Assembly: GCA_022837635.1 (NCBI GenBank)
Contig: JALHFY010000002.1
Location: 5,055-69,054 of the forward strand
Reading direction: 5' to 3'
DNA from: Candidatus Shapirobacteria bacterium
GTDB taxonomy: Bacteria > Patescibacteriota > Microgenomatia > UBA12405
Length of the DNA: 64,000 nt
Positions 18,798-29,029 of the stretch are shown piece after piece. The translations under genes were made by a program, and so were the position numbers. The notes beneath the pieces are model-generated. The model saw only the letters and a program-made list of their open reading frames with translations. It searched no databases and was not told the origin of the DNA. Numbering within the stretch: position 1 is the first letter of the stretch; every line of letters starts with the position of its first letter.

Positions 18798-20348
18798 TTA
18801 TTTTACACTGTTTGGAGTGGAAGCGCCTTTAGCAGTGGTTTTATACTCTAGACGCTTACCTAAAAGAAGACGAGTATGAGAATGAAGTCCAGGTAAGACC
18901 GAAAGAGCTAAGGTAGCTACCGGCATAAGAGGCCATTGAAGCATGTTTTTGAGAAAATTCCAAACACCTTTTTGCTGATATTTAGGTCTAAGTTTCCAAT
19001 CAAGGACAATTAAAACAAATAAAGGAATCAGGCAGAGAGTAAGGATAAGGTTGGAAATTCTGGGTAAATTATAGCCTAGAGCAGTATTGAAAAATTTAGG
19101 ATTTAAGATAACTGGGAGAGAAGTTCCTAGAGTGAGAATGAACCAATTACTGGACCAGATAAAGTGAGTTTCAATCAACTTGTAAACGCGAAGAAGACGA
19201 CTTAATAAAGGAATTTCGGGATGAAGACGGGATTGTTCGATGGCATAGGGAATGTCAGTGGCGCCCCAAGCATGACGAAGGCACTGATCATAGCGATTTT
19301 TAAGAGCGGCGAAATAATTTTTACCATCGGGAGCATCAACTATGGTCGGCAAAAAAATCGGTGAAACTGAGGTGCGACCACCACTACTGAAAAAGGTTTG
19401 TAAAAAAATATGCCAATCTTCAGGGATCATGTCGGGGTCCCAATAACCAGCTGATTTGATTAATTTGTAAGAGGAGGAATAGCAAGAATAATTAAAAAAG
19501 AGGCCATCGGGTTCCTGAATATTGGCAATATGGATGGCATTACCCATAGTACCAATAATGCGGATAGGAGCGGGAACACTATTGATATTGTGATGCCAAA
19601 AAATAGGTGATTGCCAAAATTTAAGATAACGATCGGGACTAGAGGCAAAGTAATAAGTTAGAGCTGAGAAATACTTGGGATTGAAAATAGTATCGACATC
19701 GCAGGAAGTCAAAGTACAGTGTTCAATTCTTAAACGACGGGCAGCAGGAACTTTGGGGCCAAAAAAGTGTTTTTCAAAATAACGGGCAGCCCAAGCCTCG
19801 TTGGTGTGCTTACCAGCAATTTCTCCAGGGATGTTGGCGGGATGTTCAGTAAAGGTGAGAGAGCCAAAAGTATGGGCATATTTTTTTTCAAAATAGTCAA
19901 TGGTAGCTTGATTACTATCCCGACCAGCTCTTTCTTCTTGGGCTAAGACAACATGGATTTTTTTAAGATCAATGTCAACCTGAGCCGCTAACGAAGAAAA
20001 GGCCATTTCAATCACTTGAGGCGGTTCTTTGTAAGAAGAAATAATAATCACATGATTAATGTCCCGATATTTGAGCCAATCGGCACGAAAATCATCATTG
20101 AAACGAGATAACCAGTTGGTAGCGGTGGCAGATTTAATTTTGCGATAACCCATTAGAGCTAAGATAGCTGCCTTGAAAGATTGGAAGAGCCAAAAGACTA
20201 AAAAAGCAAAAACGAAATAAGCTACGGCCCGAGGAAAAATGAAGGAGCCCCAAATTGGAAAAAGAATTACAAACCAAGCAAAAAGCCCAGGAATCATTTC
20301 ATAAAAACGATAACGTTTACTGTTTTTGTTCATGAAGGTTGAAGTCAT
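18798..20348 (-). CDS. membrane-embedded family-2 glycosyltransferase (cellulose/chitin-synthase-like architecture)
   Basis: TM helices at both ends flank a large cytoplasmic domain with D-rich motifs (HVIIISSYKE..., CDVDTIFNP...). Confidence 0.5.
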   Translation of the reverse strand: MTSTFMNKNSKRYRFYEMIPGLFAWFVILFPIWGSFIFPRAVAYFVFAFLVFWLFQSFKAAILALMGYRKIKSATATNWLSRFNDDFRADWLKYRDINHVIIISSYKEPPQVIEMAFSSLAAQVDIDLKKIHVVLAQEERAGRDSNQATIDYFEKKYAHTFGSLTFTEHPANIPGEIAGKHTNEAWAARYFEKHFFGPKVPAARRLRIEHCTLTSCDVDTIFNPKYFSALTYYFASSPDRYLKFWQSPIFWHHNINSVPAPIRIIGTMGNAIHIANIQEPDGLFFNYSCYSSSYKLIKSAGYWDPDMIPEDWHIFLQTFFSSGGRTSVSPIFLPTIVDAPDGKNYFAALKNRYDQCLRHAWGATDIPYAIEQSRLHPEIPLLSRLLRVYKLIETHFIWSSNWFILTLGTSLPVILNPKFFNTALGYNLPRISNLILTLCLIPLFVLIVLDWKLRPKYQQKGVWNFLKNMLQWPLMPVATLALSVLPGLHSHTRLLLGKRLEYKTTAKGASTPNSVK

Positions 20349-20372
20349 TATATCAAGAAGGAGTTAAAATAG

Positions 20373-21152
20373 ATGAAAATGGGAGTGAAGGAGGCAATTA
20401 AGGAAACTAAAAAATACGCCCTTAGATACGGGCAGAAACTTAATAAACAACAAGTGTTTGAGAGATTGATTTCAACACAGATTTTTTCTAAAAAAGAGCT
20501 TTTGTCTCAACTTCAGGAAAAATCGGTAGAAAAGGAACTTGAAAGTAATTATTGGCAAGAAAAAGTTAAAAAAGCTCAAACTTTAACGCAAAAACACTTA
20601 TTAAAAATGAGGGGGATATTGATGGTGGGAGTTACGGGCAGTGTAGCGGCGGAATGGGTTAAAAAAAACAGTGATATTGATTTATTGATAGTGACTAAAA
20701 GCGACCAATTGTGGTGGTGGCGATTGTATTTACGGGTTTATATTTGGTGGCATCGAATCCCCCATCGTAGATTTGGTAAAAAAGAAAAGGCAAATGAATT
20801 CTGCTTTAATTTGTGGTTATCAGAAAATAATTTGAGGATACCAACTCATAAAGAAAACTTAAAAAATGCTAATGACTTGATTATGATGAAAGTGGTTCTA
20901 AATAAAGAAGATATTTATGAAAGATTTTTAAGAAAAAACGATTGGGTAAAGGGCTTTTTAGCTACCGGTTATAATTTTAAGATCAGAAATAATCCAATAA
21001 AATCACAGTTAGAGGAAAAAAGAAGTGCTTTTTGGGTTAAAATGATTAATCTGGTTTTATTTGTAGGCCAGTATATTTATATGTGTCTCAGGTCACGAAA
21101 ATTAGTTAAAAATGTAGACCTGACACAAGCATTTTTTCATGATGAAAATTAA
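20373..21152 (+). CDS. nucleotidyltransferase-fold protein, hypothetical
   Basis: GVTGSVAAEWVKKNSDIDLLIVT resembles the pol-beta NTase GS...DxD signature. Confidence 0.4.
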   Translation: MKMGVKEAIKETKKYALRYGQKLNKQQVFERLISTQIFSKKELLSQLQEKSVEKELESNYWQEKVKKAQTLTQKHLLKMRGILMVGVTGSVAAEWVKKNSDIDLLIVTKSDQLWWWRLYLRVYIWWHRIPHRRFGKKEKANEFCFNLWLSENNLRIPTHKENLKNANDLIMMKVVLNKEDIYERFLRKNDWVKGFLATGYNFKIRNNPIKSQLEEKRSAFWVKMINLVLFVGQYIYMCLRSRKLVKNVDLTQAFFHDEN

Positions 21153-21651
21153 ATTGACCGGAAGTCTAGTTGTGGCTTTAGGATTAATTTTGGGGGTAGG
21201 AGTACTATTGGCGTCACTAACTAGAGCAACTATGGAGAAAGTCATTAATGATGAAAATTTAGGACAATTAAGGGTAGTGCCTGTAGTGGTTTATGGGCGA
21301 GAAATATATAAATTACCTCACGGAGGAAAATTACCTGGGGAGAGTTTTTATTTTTTGAAAAAAATTAGAAACTGGAGTTGGGAAAGATTTGCGAAAAGAG
21401 AAAAAACCAAAATTGAGTTAAATTTAATTCTGGCAGACAAAAAAATGTCAGAGGCTTGGGCGTTGTTCAAAAATGAACAAAGGCAAGAGGCAGTTACAGC
21501 TGGTGATGAAGCAGTTAATAAACTAAAATACGCTTACCAGTTGTTAATGGAATCAAAGGTAGATCAGGAAAGCCAAGAAATGCTTCAGGAAAAAATTGCA
21601 GAAAAAGAAAAAGTATATAAAGAAATTTTGGAAAGCTGGGAAAATCAATGA
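21139..21651 (+). CDS. hypothetical secreted/membrane-anchored protein
   Basis: N-terminal TM/signal helix then a charged helical domain; coupled to the downstream PBP. Confidence 0.3.
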   Translation: MMKIKLTGSLVVALGLILGVGVLLASLTRATMEKVINDENLGQLRVVPVVVYGREIYKLPHGGKLPGESFYFLKKIRNWSWERFAKREKTKIELNLILADKKMSEAWALFKNEQRQEAVTAGDEAVNKLKYAYQLLMESKVDQESQEMLQEKIAEKEKVYKEILESWENQ

Positions 21652-23789
21652 AATTAAAGAACAAAAATAAAAAAAAGAAGAAGACGGGTATACCCTGGAA
21701 GATTATTTTAGGGATATTGGCGGTTGTGGCGATATTGGGGATAACAATTATTTTTCGAGATATGCCCAACCCTAAAAAATTAAGTTCTGGTGATTATCCG
21801 GAATCAAGTAAGATTTTGGATAGAAGCGGGGAATTGTTATATGAAATGTATGCGGAAAAAAATCGAACTACAGTGGCTCTGGCTGATATACCGGAAAAAT
21901 TAGTTCAGGCCACTTTAGCGATTGAAGATGCAAATTTTTACAAACATGTTGGCTTTGATGTCAAAGGAATTATTAGGGGATTATATCGGACAGTGTTTCA
22001 AAAAAGATTACAAGGTGGATCAACTTTAACTCAACAATTGGTAAAAAATGCTTTATTGACTCCGGAAAGAACTTTTAAGAGAAAAATAAAAGAAGCGATT
22101 TTAACAATAGCAACAGAAATTTTGTATAGTAAAAATCAAATCTTGGAAATGTATTTCAACCAAACTCCTTATGGTGGTACCATGTGGGGAGTAGAGGCAG
22201 CAGCTCAGGGTATTTTTGGAAAAGAAGTGAAAGACCTGGGTCTGGCTGAGGCAGCCTTGATTGCCGGATTACCAGCATCACCCACTAGATATTCCCCTTT
22301 TGCTCATCCTGATGCCGCTAAAGCCAGGCAGGAATTGGTGCTGAGTCGAATGTTAGAACTAAAATATATTTCTCAAGAAGAATACGATGGGGCAAAAGGA
22401 GAAGCTCTTAATTATATTTTGAATAAAAATGTGATTAAAGCACCTCATTTTGTCTTTTATGTTAAAGAACAATTGTTGGAAAAATACGGGATACAGGAAG
22501 TGCATGAAGGAGGACTAAAGGTCTGGACCAGCCTAGATTTAGATATCCAAAATTATGCTCAAGAGGAGGTAAAAGCAGAAATTGAGAGTTTGAAAAAAGC
22601 TAAAGTGAGCAATGGAGCGGCATTAGTAACTAATACTAAAACCGGAGAAATTTTGGCAATGGTGGGTTCAAGAGATTATTTTGATACGGAGATTGACGGG
22701 AAATATAATGTCACCACCGCTTTAAGACAACCAGGATCTTCAATTAAACCCTTAAATTATGCTGTGGGTCTGGATACCGGCAAGGTGACTGCAGCTTCAA
22801 TTTTTAATGATTCACCTAGTTGTTTTAAGGTTCCAGGGCAAAGGCCTTATTGTCCGACCAATTATGGTTATTCTTATTATGGTATTCAGAGTTTGAGAAA
22901 CTCTTTGGCTAATTCTTTAAACATTGCCGCAGTCAAGATGTTAAATCTTAATGGAGTGGAAAATTTTGTGGCTTCAGCTTCGGCTATGGGTATATCTACT
23001 TTCAAAAATGCTAGTGATTACGGTTTGTCATTGACCTTGGGAGGAGGAGAAGTTTACATGACAGATATGGCTACAGCTTTTGGGGTCTTTGCTAACATGG
23101 GAGTGAGACAAGATTTGGTCTCGATTCTAAAGGTTGAGGATAAAAACGGCAAGGTTTTAGAAGAATATAAATATGAGCCGGGCAAGAGAGTAATGCAACC
23201 GGAAACAGCTTATATCATTAACAGTATTTTGTCAGATAATGGGGCTAGATCGATGGTTTTTGGCAGTAATTCAAAATTAAGAATTAAGGATCATCCGGAA
23301 GTGGCAGTTAAAACTGGGACAACTAATGAAATGAGGGACAACTGGACTATAGGTTATACTCCAGATAAGTTGGTGGCAGTCTGGGTGGGTAATAATGACA
23401 ATAGTAAAATGGGCTCGGTGGTATCGGGAATTACTGGAGCGGCACCAATTTGGAATCGAATTATGACCAAAGTTTTAGAAAATGAAAAGGTTAAAAACTA
23501 TGCCAAGCCAGAGAATTTAATCAGTATGTCAGTTTGTAATTTAAGCGGTTTATTGCCGCCGGAAGAGGGTTGTGAAGCTCACAATGAATTTTTTAACAAA
23601 AACTTTTTACCTCAAAGAGGTGGACCAAGACAAAATGATTTAATGATAGATAAAAACACCGGTAAAATTATTAAAGAAGGTGAAGATAATCCTGATGGTG
23701 AATGGCAAAGTCATGTCAGTATTCAGGATGTTACCGGTGAGTGGGTTTGTTTAGATTGTCCAAAAAATGATGAAGAGGTGGTTAATTAA
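21648..23789 (+). CDS. class A penicillin-binding protein (transglycosylase + transpeptidase)
   Basis: GT51 motifs ...AIEDANFYKHVGFD..., GGSTLTQQLVKN; TPase SIKP, KTGTT. Confidence 0.85.
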   Translation: MKLKNKNKKKKKTGIPWKIILGILAVVAILGITIIFRDMPNPKKLSSGDYPESSKILDRSGELLYEMYAEKNRTTVALADIPEKLVQATLAIEDANFYKHVGFDVKGIIRGLYRTVFQKRLQGGSTLTQQLVKNALLTPERTFKRKIKEAILTIATEILYSKNQILEMYFNQTPYGGTMWGVEAAAQGIFGKEVKDLGLAEAALIAGLPASPTRYSPFAHPDAAKARQELVLSRMLELKYISQEEYDGAKGEALNYILNKNVIKAPHFVFYVKEQLLEKYGIQEVHEGGLKVWTSLDLDIQNYAQEEVKAEIESLKKAKVSNGAALVTNTKTGEILAMVGSRDYFDTEIDGKYNVTTALRQPGSSIKPLNYAVGLDTGKVTAASIFNDSPSCFKVPGQRPYCPTNYGYSYYGIQSLRNSLANSLNIAAVKMLNLNGVENFVASASAMGISTFKNASDYGLSLTLGGGEVYMTDMATAFGVFANMGVRQDLVSILKVEDKNGKVLEEYKYEPGKRVMQPETAYIINSILSDNGARSMVFGSNSKLRIKDHPEVAVKTGTTNEMRDNWTIGYTPDKLVAVWVGNNDNSKMGSVVSGITGAAPIWNRIMTKVLENEKVKNYAKPENLISMSVCNLSGLLPPEEGCEAHNEFFNKNFLPQRGGPRQNDLMIDKNTGKIIKEGEDNPDGEWQSHVSIQDVTGEWVCLDCPKNDEEVVN

Positions 23790-25797
23790 TTTTCTAATTA
23801 GTGTAGGCCGCCCCCCAGTTATCCTATTTAAGAAAATAAGCAAAATTAGAATCAGGTGGAAGTATCCAGCCTTAGTGATAATTATATTAACGGTGACGGT
23901 AGTTTTATGGTGCTTTTATGATCAGATAATTAAAGATTTGCCTAATATTAACGAGATTTATAATCCGCCAAAATTATCGACTCGGATTTACGATCGTCAA
24001 GGTGAATTGCTTTATAAGTTTCATGATGATGAAAATCGAATCTGGATACCATTTGAGCAAATACCTAAAAATTTAGTGGCAGCGACAATCGCGGTAGAAG
24101 ATAAAGAGTTTTATCAACATCATGGTTTTAGTCTTAGAGGAATTATTAAGGCAGCTATATATAATCTTAAAAACAATGGCGAGAAAAAATTGAGAGGTGG
24201 CTCAACTATTACCCAACAACTGGTAAAAAATGTGTTTTTAAGCAATGAAAAAAGTGTCAGTAGAAAGATAAAAGAAGGGCTGCTGTCAGTAATGCTGGAG
24301 ATAAAATTAAGTAAAGAAGAAATACTGGAGAGATATTTTAATCAAGTGCCTTATGGAGGCAATGTTTACGGAGTAGCGGAAGCGTCGTGGCGTTATTTTG
24401 GAAAAAGAGTAGAGGAAATTAATTTAGCTGAAGCAGCTTTTTTGGCAGGATTGCCGGCAGCACCGGGATCATACTCCCCTTTTACTGAAGAAGGATTGAG
24501 GTTGGCTAAAATTCGTCAAGAACATGTCTTGGATGAAATGGTTAATAATGCTTCCATTAGTCAAAAAGAGGCCGAGATTAGTAAAAAAGAAGTAATTAAA
24601 ATAAGCGAAGAAAAAAGAGATATAAAAGCGCCACACTTTGTCTTTTACGTCAAAAATTATTTGGAAAAATTAGGTTTTTCAGATGTTAATCGCAAGGGTC
24701 TAGAAGTTAAAACCAGTTTGGATTTGAAGACTCAACAAGAGTTGGAAAAAATAGTTAAAGAAGAGGTGGATAAAACTAAGAGACTGAGAATTAGTAATGG
24801 TGCTGGAGTGATTATTGACGTTAACAATGGAGATATTTTGGCACTAGTGGGCTCAAAAGATTATTTTGCCAAAGATATTGATGGGAAATTTGATTTAGTA
24901 ACTCAGGGATTAAGGCAGCCTGGATCGGCCATCAAACCTATAAATTATTTACTGGCATTGCAGCGAGGCAGAAATTTATGGGAGTTAATTGATGATAGTC
25001 CAGTCACCTATTACGTCCCCGGTCAAAAACCCTACAGTCCGCAAAATTACACCGGAAAATATTTGGGGAGAGTGACCTTAAGGACAGCTTTGGCCTCGTC
25101 TTTGAACGTCCCGTCGGTAAAATTATTGGATGAGAATGGAGTGGACAACATGATAAATTTAGCCAAAAGAATGGGTATAACTACCTGGGAGGAAAGATCG
25201 CGTTTTGGACTGTCTTTAGCTTTGGGAGCAGGGGAAGTTAAAATGATTGAATTGGCGCAAGCTTATAGCACTTTTGCCACTGTGGGGGAAAAAGTAAGGC
25301 TTAACCCAATATTGGAAGTGAAAAATTATTTAGGGGAAGTGGTTTATCAAAAAAAGATTGAGAAAGAAAGAGTTTTTAGAGAAAGAGAGGCTTTTTTGAT
25401 AAATGAGGCCTTGAGTGACAATCAAGCCAGGAGTCCTATTTTTGGAAATAATTCTCTTTTGAATATTAAAGATAAAAAAGTAGCGGTTAAAACTGGGACA
25501 ACTAATAATTTGAAAGATAATTGGTGTATTGGCTGGACACCGGAGGTATTAGTGGCAGCTTGGGTGGGCAATAATGACAGTAGTCCGATGAGTTGGGTAG
25601 CATCGGGAATCAGTGGGGCGACTCCGATTTGGAATCGAGCCATGAGAATGATGATTGATGAAAGAGAAAATAAGGTTTGGGAAGTACCAGAGGGTTTAGT
25701 TTTAAGGGAGGCTTGCGGAAAAAAGGAATGGCTGGATGAGGATAAAGAAACTCGGATCCATTGCCCAGGACCTCTCAGTCCGACTCCATCTGTTTAA
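23767..25797 (+). CDS. class A penicillin-binding protein, second tandem paralog
   Basis: ...AVEDKEFYQHHGFS..., RGGSTITQQLVKN, SAIKP, KTGTT. Confidence 0.85.
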   Translation: MMKRWLINFLISVGRPPVILFKKISKIRIRWKYPALVIIILTVTVVLWCFYDQIIKDLPNINEIYNPPKLSTRIYDRQGELLYKFHDDENRIWIPFEQIPKNLVAATIAVEDKEFYQHHGFSLRGIIKAAIYNLKNNGEKKLRGGSTITQQLVKNVFLSNEKSVSRKIKEGLLSVMLEIKLSKEEILERYFNQVPYGGNVYGVAEASWRYFGKRVEEINLAEAAFLAGLPAAPGSYSPFTEEGLRLAKIRQEHVLDEMVNNASISQKEAEISKKEVIKISEEKRDIKAPHFVFYVKNYLEKLGFSDVNRKGLEVKTSLDLKTQQELEKIVKEEVDKTKRLRISNGAGVIIDVNNGDILALVGSKDYFAKDIDGKFDLVTQGLRQPGSAIKPINYLLALQRGRNLWELIDDSPVTYYVPGQKPYSPQNYTGKYLGRVTLRTALASSLNVPSVKLLDENGVDNMINLAKRMGITTWEERSRFGLSLALGAGEVKMIELAQAYSTFATVGEKVRLNPILEVKNYLGEVVYQKKIEKERVFREREAFLINEALSDNQARSPIFGNNSLLNIKDKKVAVKTGTTNNLKDNWCIGWTPEVLVAAWVGNNDSSPMSWVASGISGATPIWNRAMRMMIDERENKVWEVPEGLVLREACGKKEWLDEDKETRIHCPGPLSPTPSV

Positions 25798-26533
25798 TTA
25801 AATACCAATAAAGATCTTTGGCTAAACGTGAGTAATTTTGAATAGCTTCAGATTGTTGGTTAATATCGCCGGGAATTTGAGCGTAGAGACGAAAACTAAT
25901 CTTAGGAGTGGAAATATCGGAAAGAATTTGAGTGGAATCATCCTTAAAAATTTGTTTTTCAATCACCTTGACGCCTTGGGGTAGATCTTGTTTGGCTATA
26001 GCTTCGGTAACTGGGGTTTTGAATTGGGAAAAATCGGGACTTAGGGCCGGTGGAGAGGCAAAGGAATAAAGGGTGGAACCAACAGTGGAAACATGAATGG
26101 ACCAAGAGAGAGGAAAGTCGGGTGAAAAACTAGACGGAGCTTTGGAGAAATTAAGACTAAAAGAGGGTAGTTTTGGTAATTGAAAGTTAAAGTTTTTGGC
26201 TTGTCTATAAATTAGAAAAATTAGACTAATGCCGACAGTTAAAAAAAGAAAAAGAAGAGTGGCTTGACGTTTTTGTCGGCTTTTATCAGCTTCAGAAATA
26301 GTTTCGACTAAGTCAAGTTGTTCAGTTTTTTTGTCGGGTTTGGGCAGCATATTATAGTTGAGAGCGGGTGAGGATGCCGGTTTTGGCACCCAGAGCCGAG
26401 ACAACAGAGGCAGAATTTTTAATGGCCCATGAGAGAGCCTCGGAGAGGGATTTTTGATAAAGAAGGGCAGCAAAGAAAGCCGAGCCAAAGGCGTCACCGG
26501 CACCGGTTTCATCAATCGCTGCAACATTGGCAA
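25775..26533 (-). CDS. hypothetical membrane-anchored protein
   Basis: ORF with an internal TM helix; the true start is probably the internal MLPKPDKK... (around 26348), which would remove the overlap with the upstream kinase gene. Confidence 0.3.
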   Translation of the reverse strand: MPMLQRLMKPVPVTPLARLSLLPFFIKNPSPRLSHGPLKILPLLSRLWVPKPASSPALNYNMLPKPDKKTEQLDLVETISEADKSRQKRQATLLFLFLTVGISLIFLIYRQAKNFNFQLPKLPSFSLNFSKAPSSFSPDFPLSWSIHVSTVGSTLYSFASPPALSPDFSQFKTPVTEAIAKQDLPQGVKVIEKQIFKDDSTQILSDISTPKISFRLYAQIPGDINQQSEAIQNYSRLAKDLYWYLIKQMESD

Positions 26534-27260
26534 TGGGTGAAAAAAGAGAATCCTCGGTGGTTAAAATTCGAGCACCTAAACGACCATTGGTAACTGCCAC
26601 TAAAGGAGAATATTGTCTAAGTTTGGGTAAAAAATTACTGTCACGGTGAGGTAAATTAGTCAGTATTTGAGCTTCGTGACGATTTAAGAGTAAAAAATCA
26701 AGATATTTTAGTAGAGGAATAAGCTGACGACGTTGTTTTAATTCCCGAGAGCCAGGATTAAAAGCAATTAACATATTGTTTTCTTTGGCAAAACCGATTA
26801 ACTCTTCAAGAAGAGAGAGATTGCCTTCCAAAGAGGTAATGTAGAGAGAACGACTTTTAAGTTTTGTCCAAGGAAGGTCACGACTTTCTAAATGACTGTC
26901 ACCTCTTTGAGTCATAATGGAACGGGAAGCGTCAGAGGCAACAAAAACGACTGAAAAATCAGTGTGTTCGTCAGAATTTTTTTTAACAAAATCAGCGTTA
27001 ATTTTTTCTTTTTTTAGATCGGTAAAAACATAATCAGCCAGAGGATCACGACCAACTTGAGCCACTACCGCAGTTTTGAGACCAAGCCGGGAAAAGGTAG
27101 TGGCCGCATTGGTAGCTCCCCCGCCGGAACAAATAAGACTGCGATTAATTTCATTTTTGCTGGATCTTTTTAAGGATAATAAACGCCGACTTTCTTGGAA
27201 AGAATCAGAACTGATAAAAATATCGGCGGTGGCAGCACCAATGGTAATGACATCAAACAT
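26352..27260 (-). CDS. PfkB-family carbohydrate kinase (ribokinase-like)
   Basis: MFDVITIGAATADIFI..., GGGATNAATTF, DETGAGDAFGSAFFAALL (anion-hole/catalytic Asp motif). Confidence 0.75.
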   Translation of the reverse strand: MFDVITIGAATADIFISSDSFQESRRLLSLKRSSKNEINRSLICSGGGATNAATTFSRLGLKTAVVAQVGRDPLADYVFTDLKKEKINADFVKKNSDEHTDFSVVFVASDASRSIMTQRGDSHLESRDLPWTKLKSRSLYITSLEGNLSLLEELIGFAKENNMLIAFNPGSRELKQRRQLIPLLKYLDFLLLNRHEAQILTNLPHRDSNFLPKLRQYSPLVAVTNGRLGARILTTEDSLFSPIANVAAIDETGAGDAFGSAFFAALLYQKSLSEALSWAIKNSASVVSALGAKTGILTRSQL

Positions 27261-28092
27261 TTTGAGTAAAGGAAATTAATTTATCTTTAATAACTTGAGC
27301 CACTTCGGCCACGGCCGGAGTCAAATATTGATAAATTTTTTCAGTATTTTGAATGGTTAATTGATGACGCAAACTTTCAATAAATTTAAGTCGTAAATCG
27401 GTATTGATGTTAACCTTAACCACTCCCAAGGCTAGTGATTCTTGGATTTGAGTCAAGGGCACACCGGAACCGCCATGGAGGGTAAAAAAAGTCTTGTCTC
27501 CCACGGCACTATTGATTTCCGAGAGGAGACTGATATTTAGTCTCTCCGGGGCGAGAGTGTTGACACCGTGAAGATTGCCAATGGAAACGGCCAATAAGTC
27601 GGCGCCGGTTTTATTGACAAAGTCCAAAGCTTGGGCGGGTTTGGTAAAAGAATCGGGAGCGGGAGCATCGTCGACCAGATTAATGTGATTAAACTCTAAT
27701 TCAATCAGAGCTTGGGGATATTTTGATTTCATTTCTTTGACAAAAAAGGCTGAGGTGGATAAATTGGTGTCGTAATCCATTTTGGAACCGTCAAAGTGAA
27801 CCATATCAAAACCAAGACGGAGACATTCCTCTAGTCGACGAACATCAGCACCATGGTCCATATTGAGATAAATGGGCAAGCCTTCGAGATTGGCTTTTTT
27901 AACCAACATTAACAGTCTGTTGGCATCGACAAACTTATCTTCTCCAGGAGAGAGTTGGACTAAACAAGGCAGGTTGGTTTCGGCGACAGCCATTTCCACC
28001 GCCTGGTAGATTTCGAAAGAATCAATATTAAAAGCGGGTAGAGCCCAATGATGGGAGCGGTAGTTTTGGAATTGTTCTTTAAGATTGAGCAT
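27253..28092 (-). CDS. fba: class II fructose/tagatose-bisphosphate aldolase
   Basis: LPAFNIDSFE..., DHGADV..., HFDGS..., LHGGSGVP. Confidence 0.8.
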   Translation of the reverse strand: MLNLKEQFQNYRSHHWALPAFNIDSFEIYQAVEMAVAETNLPCLVQLSPGEDKFVDANRLLMLVKKANLEGLPIYLNMDHGADVRRLEECLRLGFDMVHFDGSKMDYDTNLSTSAFFVKEMKSKYPQALIELEFNHINLVDDAPAPDSFTKPAQALDFVNKTGADLLAVSIGNLHGVNTLAPERLNISLLSEINSAVGDKTFFTLHGGSGVPLTQIQESLALGVVKVNINTDLRLKFIESLRHQLTIQNTEKIYQYLTPAVAEVAQVIKDKLISFTQNV

Positions 28093-29029
28093 GAGTAGAT
28101 AATAACTTTTTTAAGGACTCTCTGATAGCCAAGGGAGAGAGGGCGTAATGATGATAGAGATCAAAATAATTATGAGCTGATTGACCAAAGGCATTGTCAA
28201 CTCCCAGGTGAATAAATTTACATTTTTGACCGGAAATTAGGATTAATTTAGCGACAGCTTCACCCAGACCACCATTTTGTTGATGGTCTTCGATAACTAA
28301 ACAACGGCCAGTTTTTTTGATGGAGGTGAGAATAGTTTTGTCATCCAAAGGTTTAATGGAAGAACAATTGATGATATCCAGAGAAAATTTATCAAAATCA
28401 GGTAGTAGAAGTTGAGTCAAAATGGGACCATAACCTAGAACGGTGATTTTATCCCCTCTTTTAAGAAAACGCGATTTGCCAATGGTAAAAGAACGAGCTG
28501 AGTTGATCAAGGGGGTGTCCGGACGGACTAGGCGGAGATAAGCAGGAGTTTGACTGTAAGCAATCACCGGCAACATAATTTTGAGTTCAGAGGCATCTAG
28601 AGGGGCAAAAACTTCCATATTGGGAAGGGTGCGCATCAAGGCTACGTCTTCAAGCATCTGATGGCTGGCACCCAAATCGGCACTCATGAGACCGGCGTGA
28701 GAGCCGACAATTTTGACAGGGTGACGGTTGTAACAAATAGACTGACGAATGGTGGCCCAGTTGATGGTCGGGGAAAAACAAGCAAAGGAAGTGAGAAAAA
28801 CAGTTTTGCCAGTGGCACTGAGACCGGCGGCAATGGCAGCAGCATTGTTTTCAGCCACCCCGACTTGGATAAATCTACTTCTAAATCTGGCCTTAAAATC
28901 GGTTAAATATAATGAAGGATAGAGGTCAGCGTCAACCACATAGAGATTAGGATTTTTGAGGGCCAGGGCAAAAAGAGTTTCACCAAAGGCTCGTCTCATG
29001 GAAGCTAATTTAGTATTTTTGGAGCTCAT
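28079..29029 (-). CDS. tktC: transketolase, C-terminal (pyrimidine-binding) subunit
   Basis: GVAENNAAAIAAGLSATGK..., FLTSFACF. Confidence 0.8.
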   Translation of the reverse strand: MSSKNTKLASMRRAFGETLFALALKNPNLYVVDADLYPSLYLTDFKARFRSRFIQVGVAENNAAAIAAGLSATGKTVFLTSFACFSPTINWATIRQSICYNRHPVKIVGSHAGLMSADLGASHQMLEDVALMRTLPNMEVFAPLDASELKIMLPVIAYSQTPAYLRLVRPDTPLINSARSFTIGKSRFLKRGDKITVLGYGPILTQLLLPDFDKFSLDIINCSSIKPLDDKTILTSIKKTGRCLVIEDHQQNGGLGEAVAKLILISGQKCKFIHLGVDNAFGQSAHNYFDLYHHYALSPLAIRESLKKLLSTHAQS

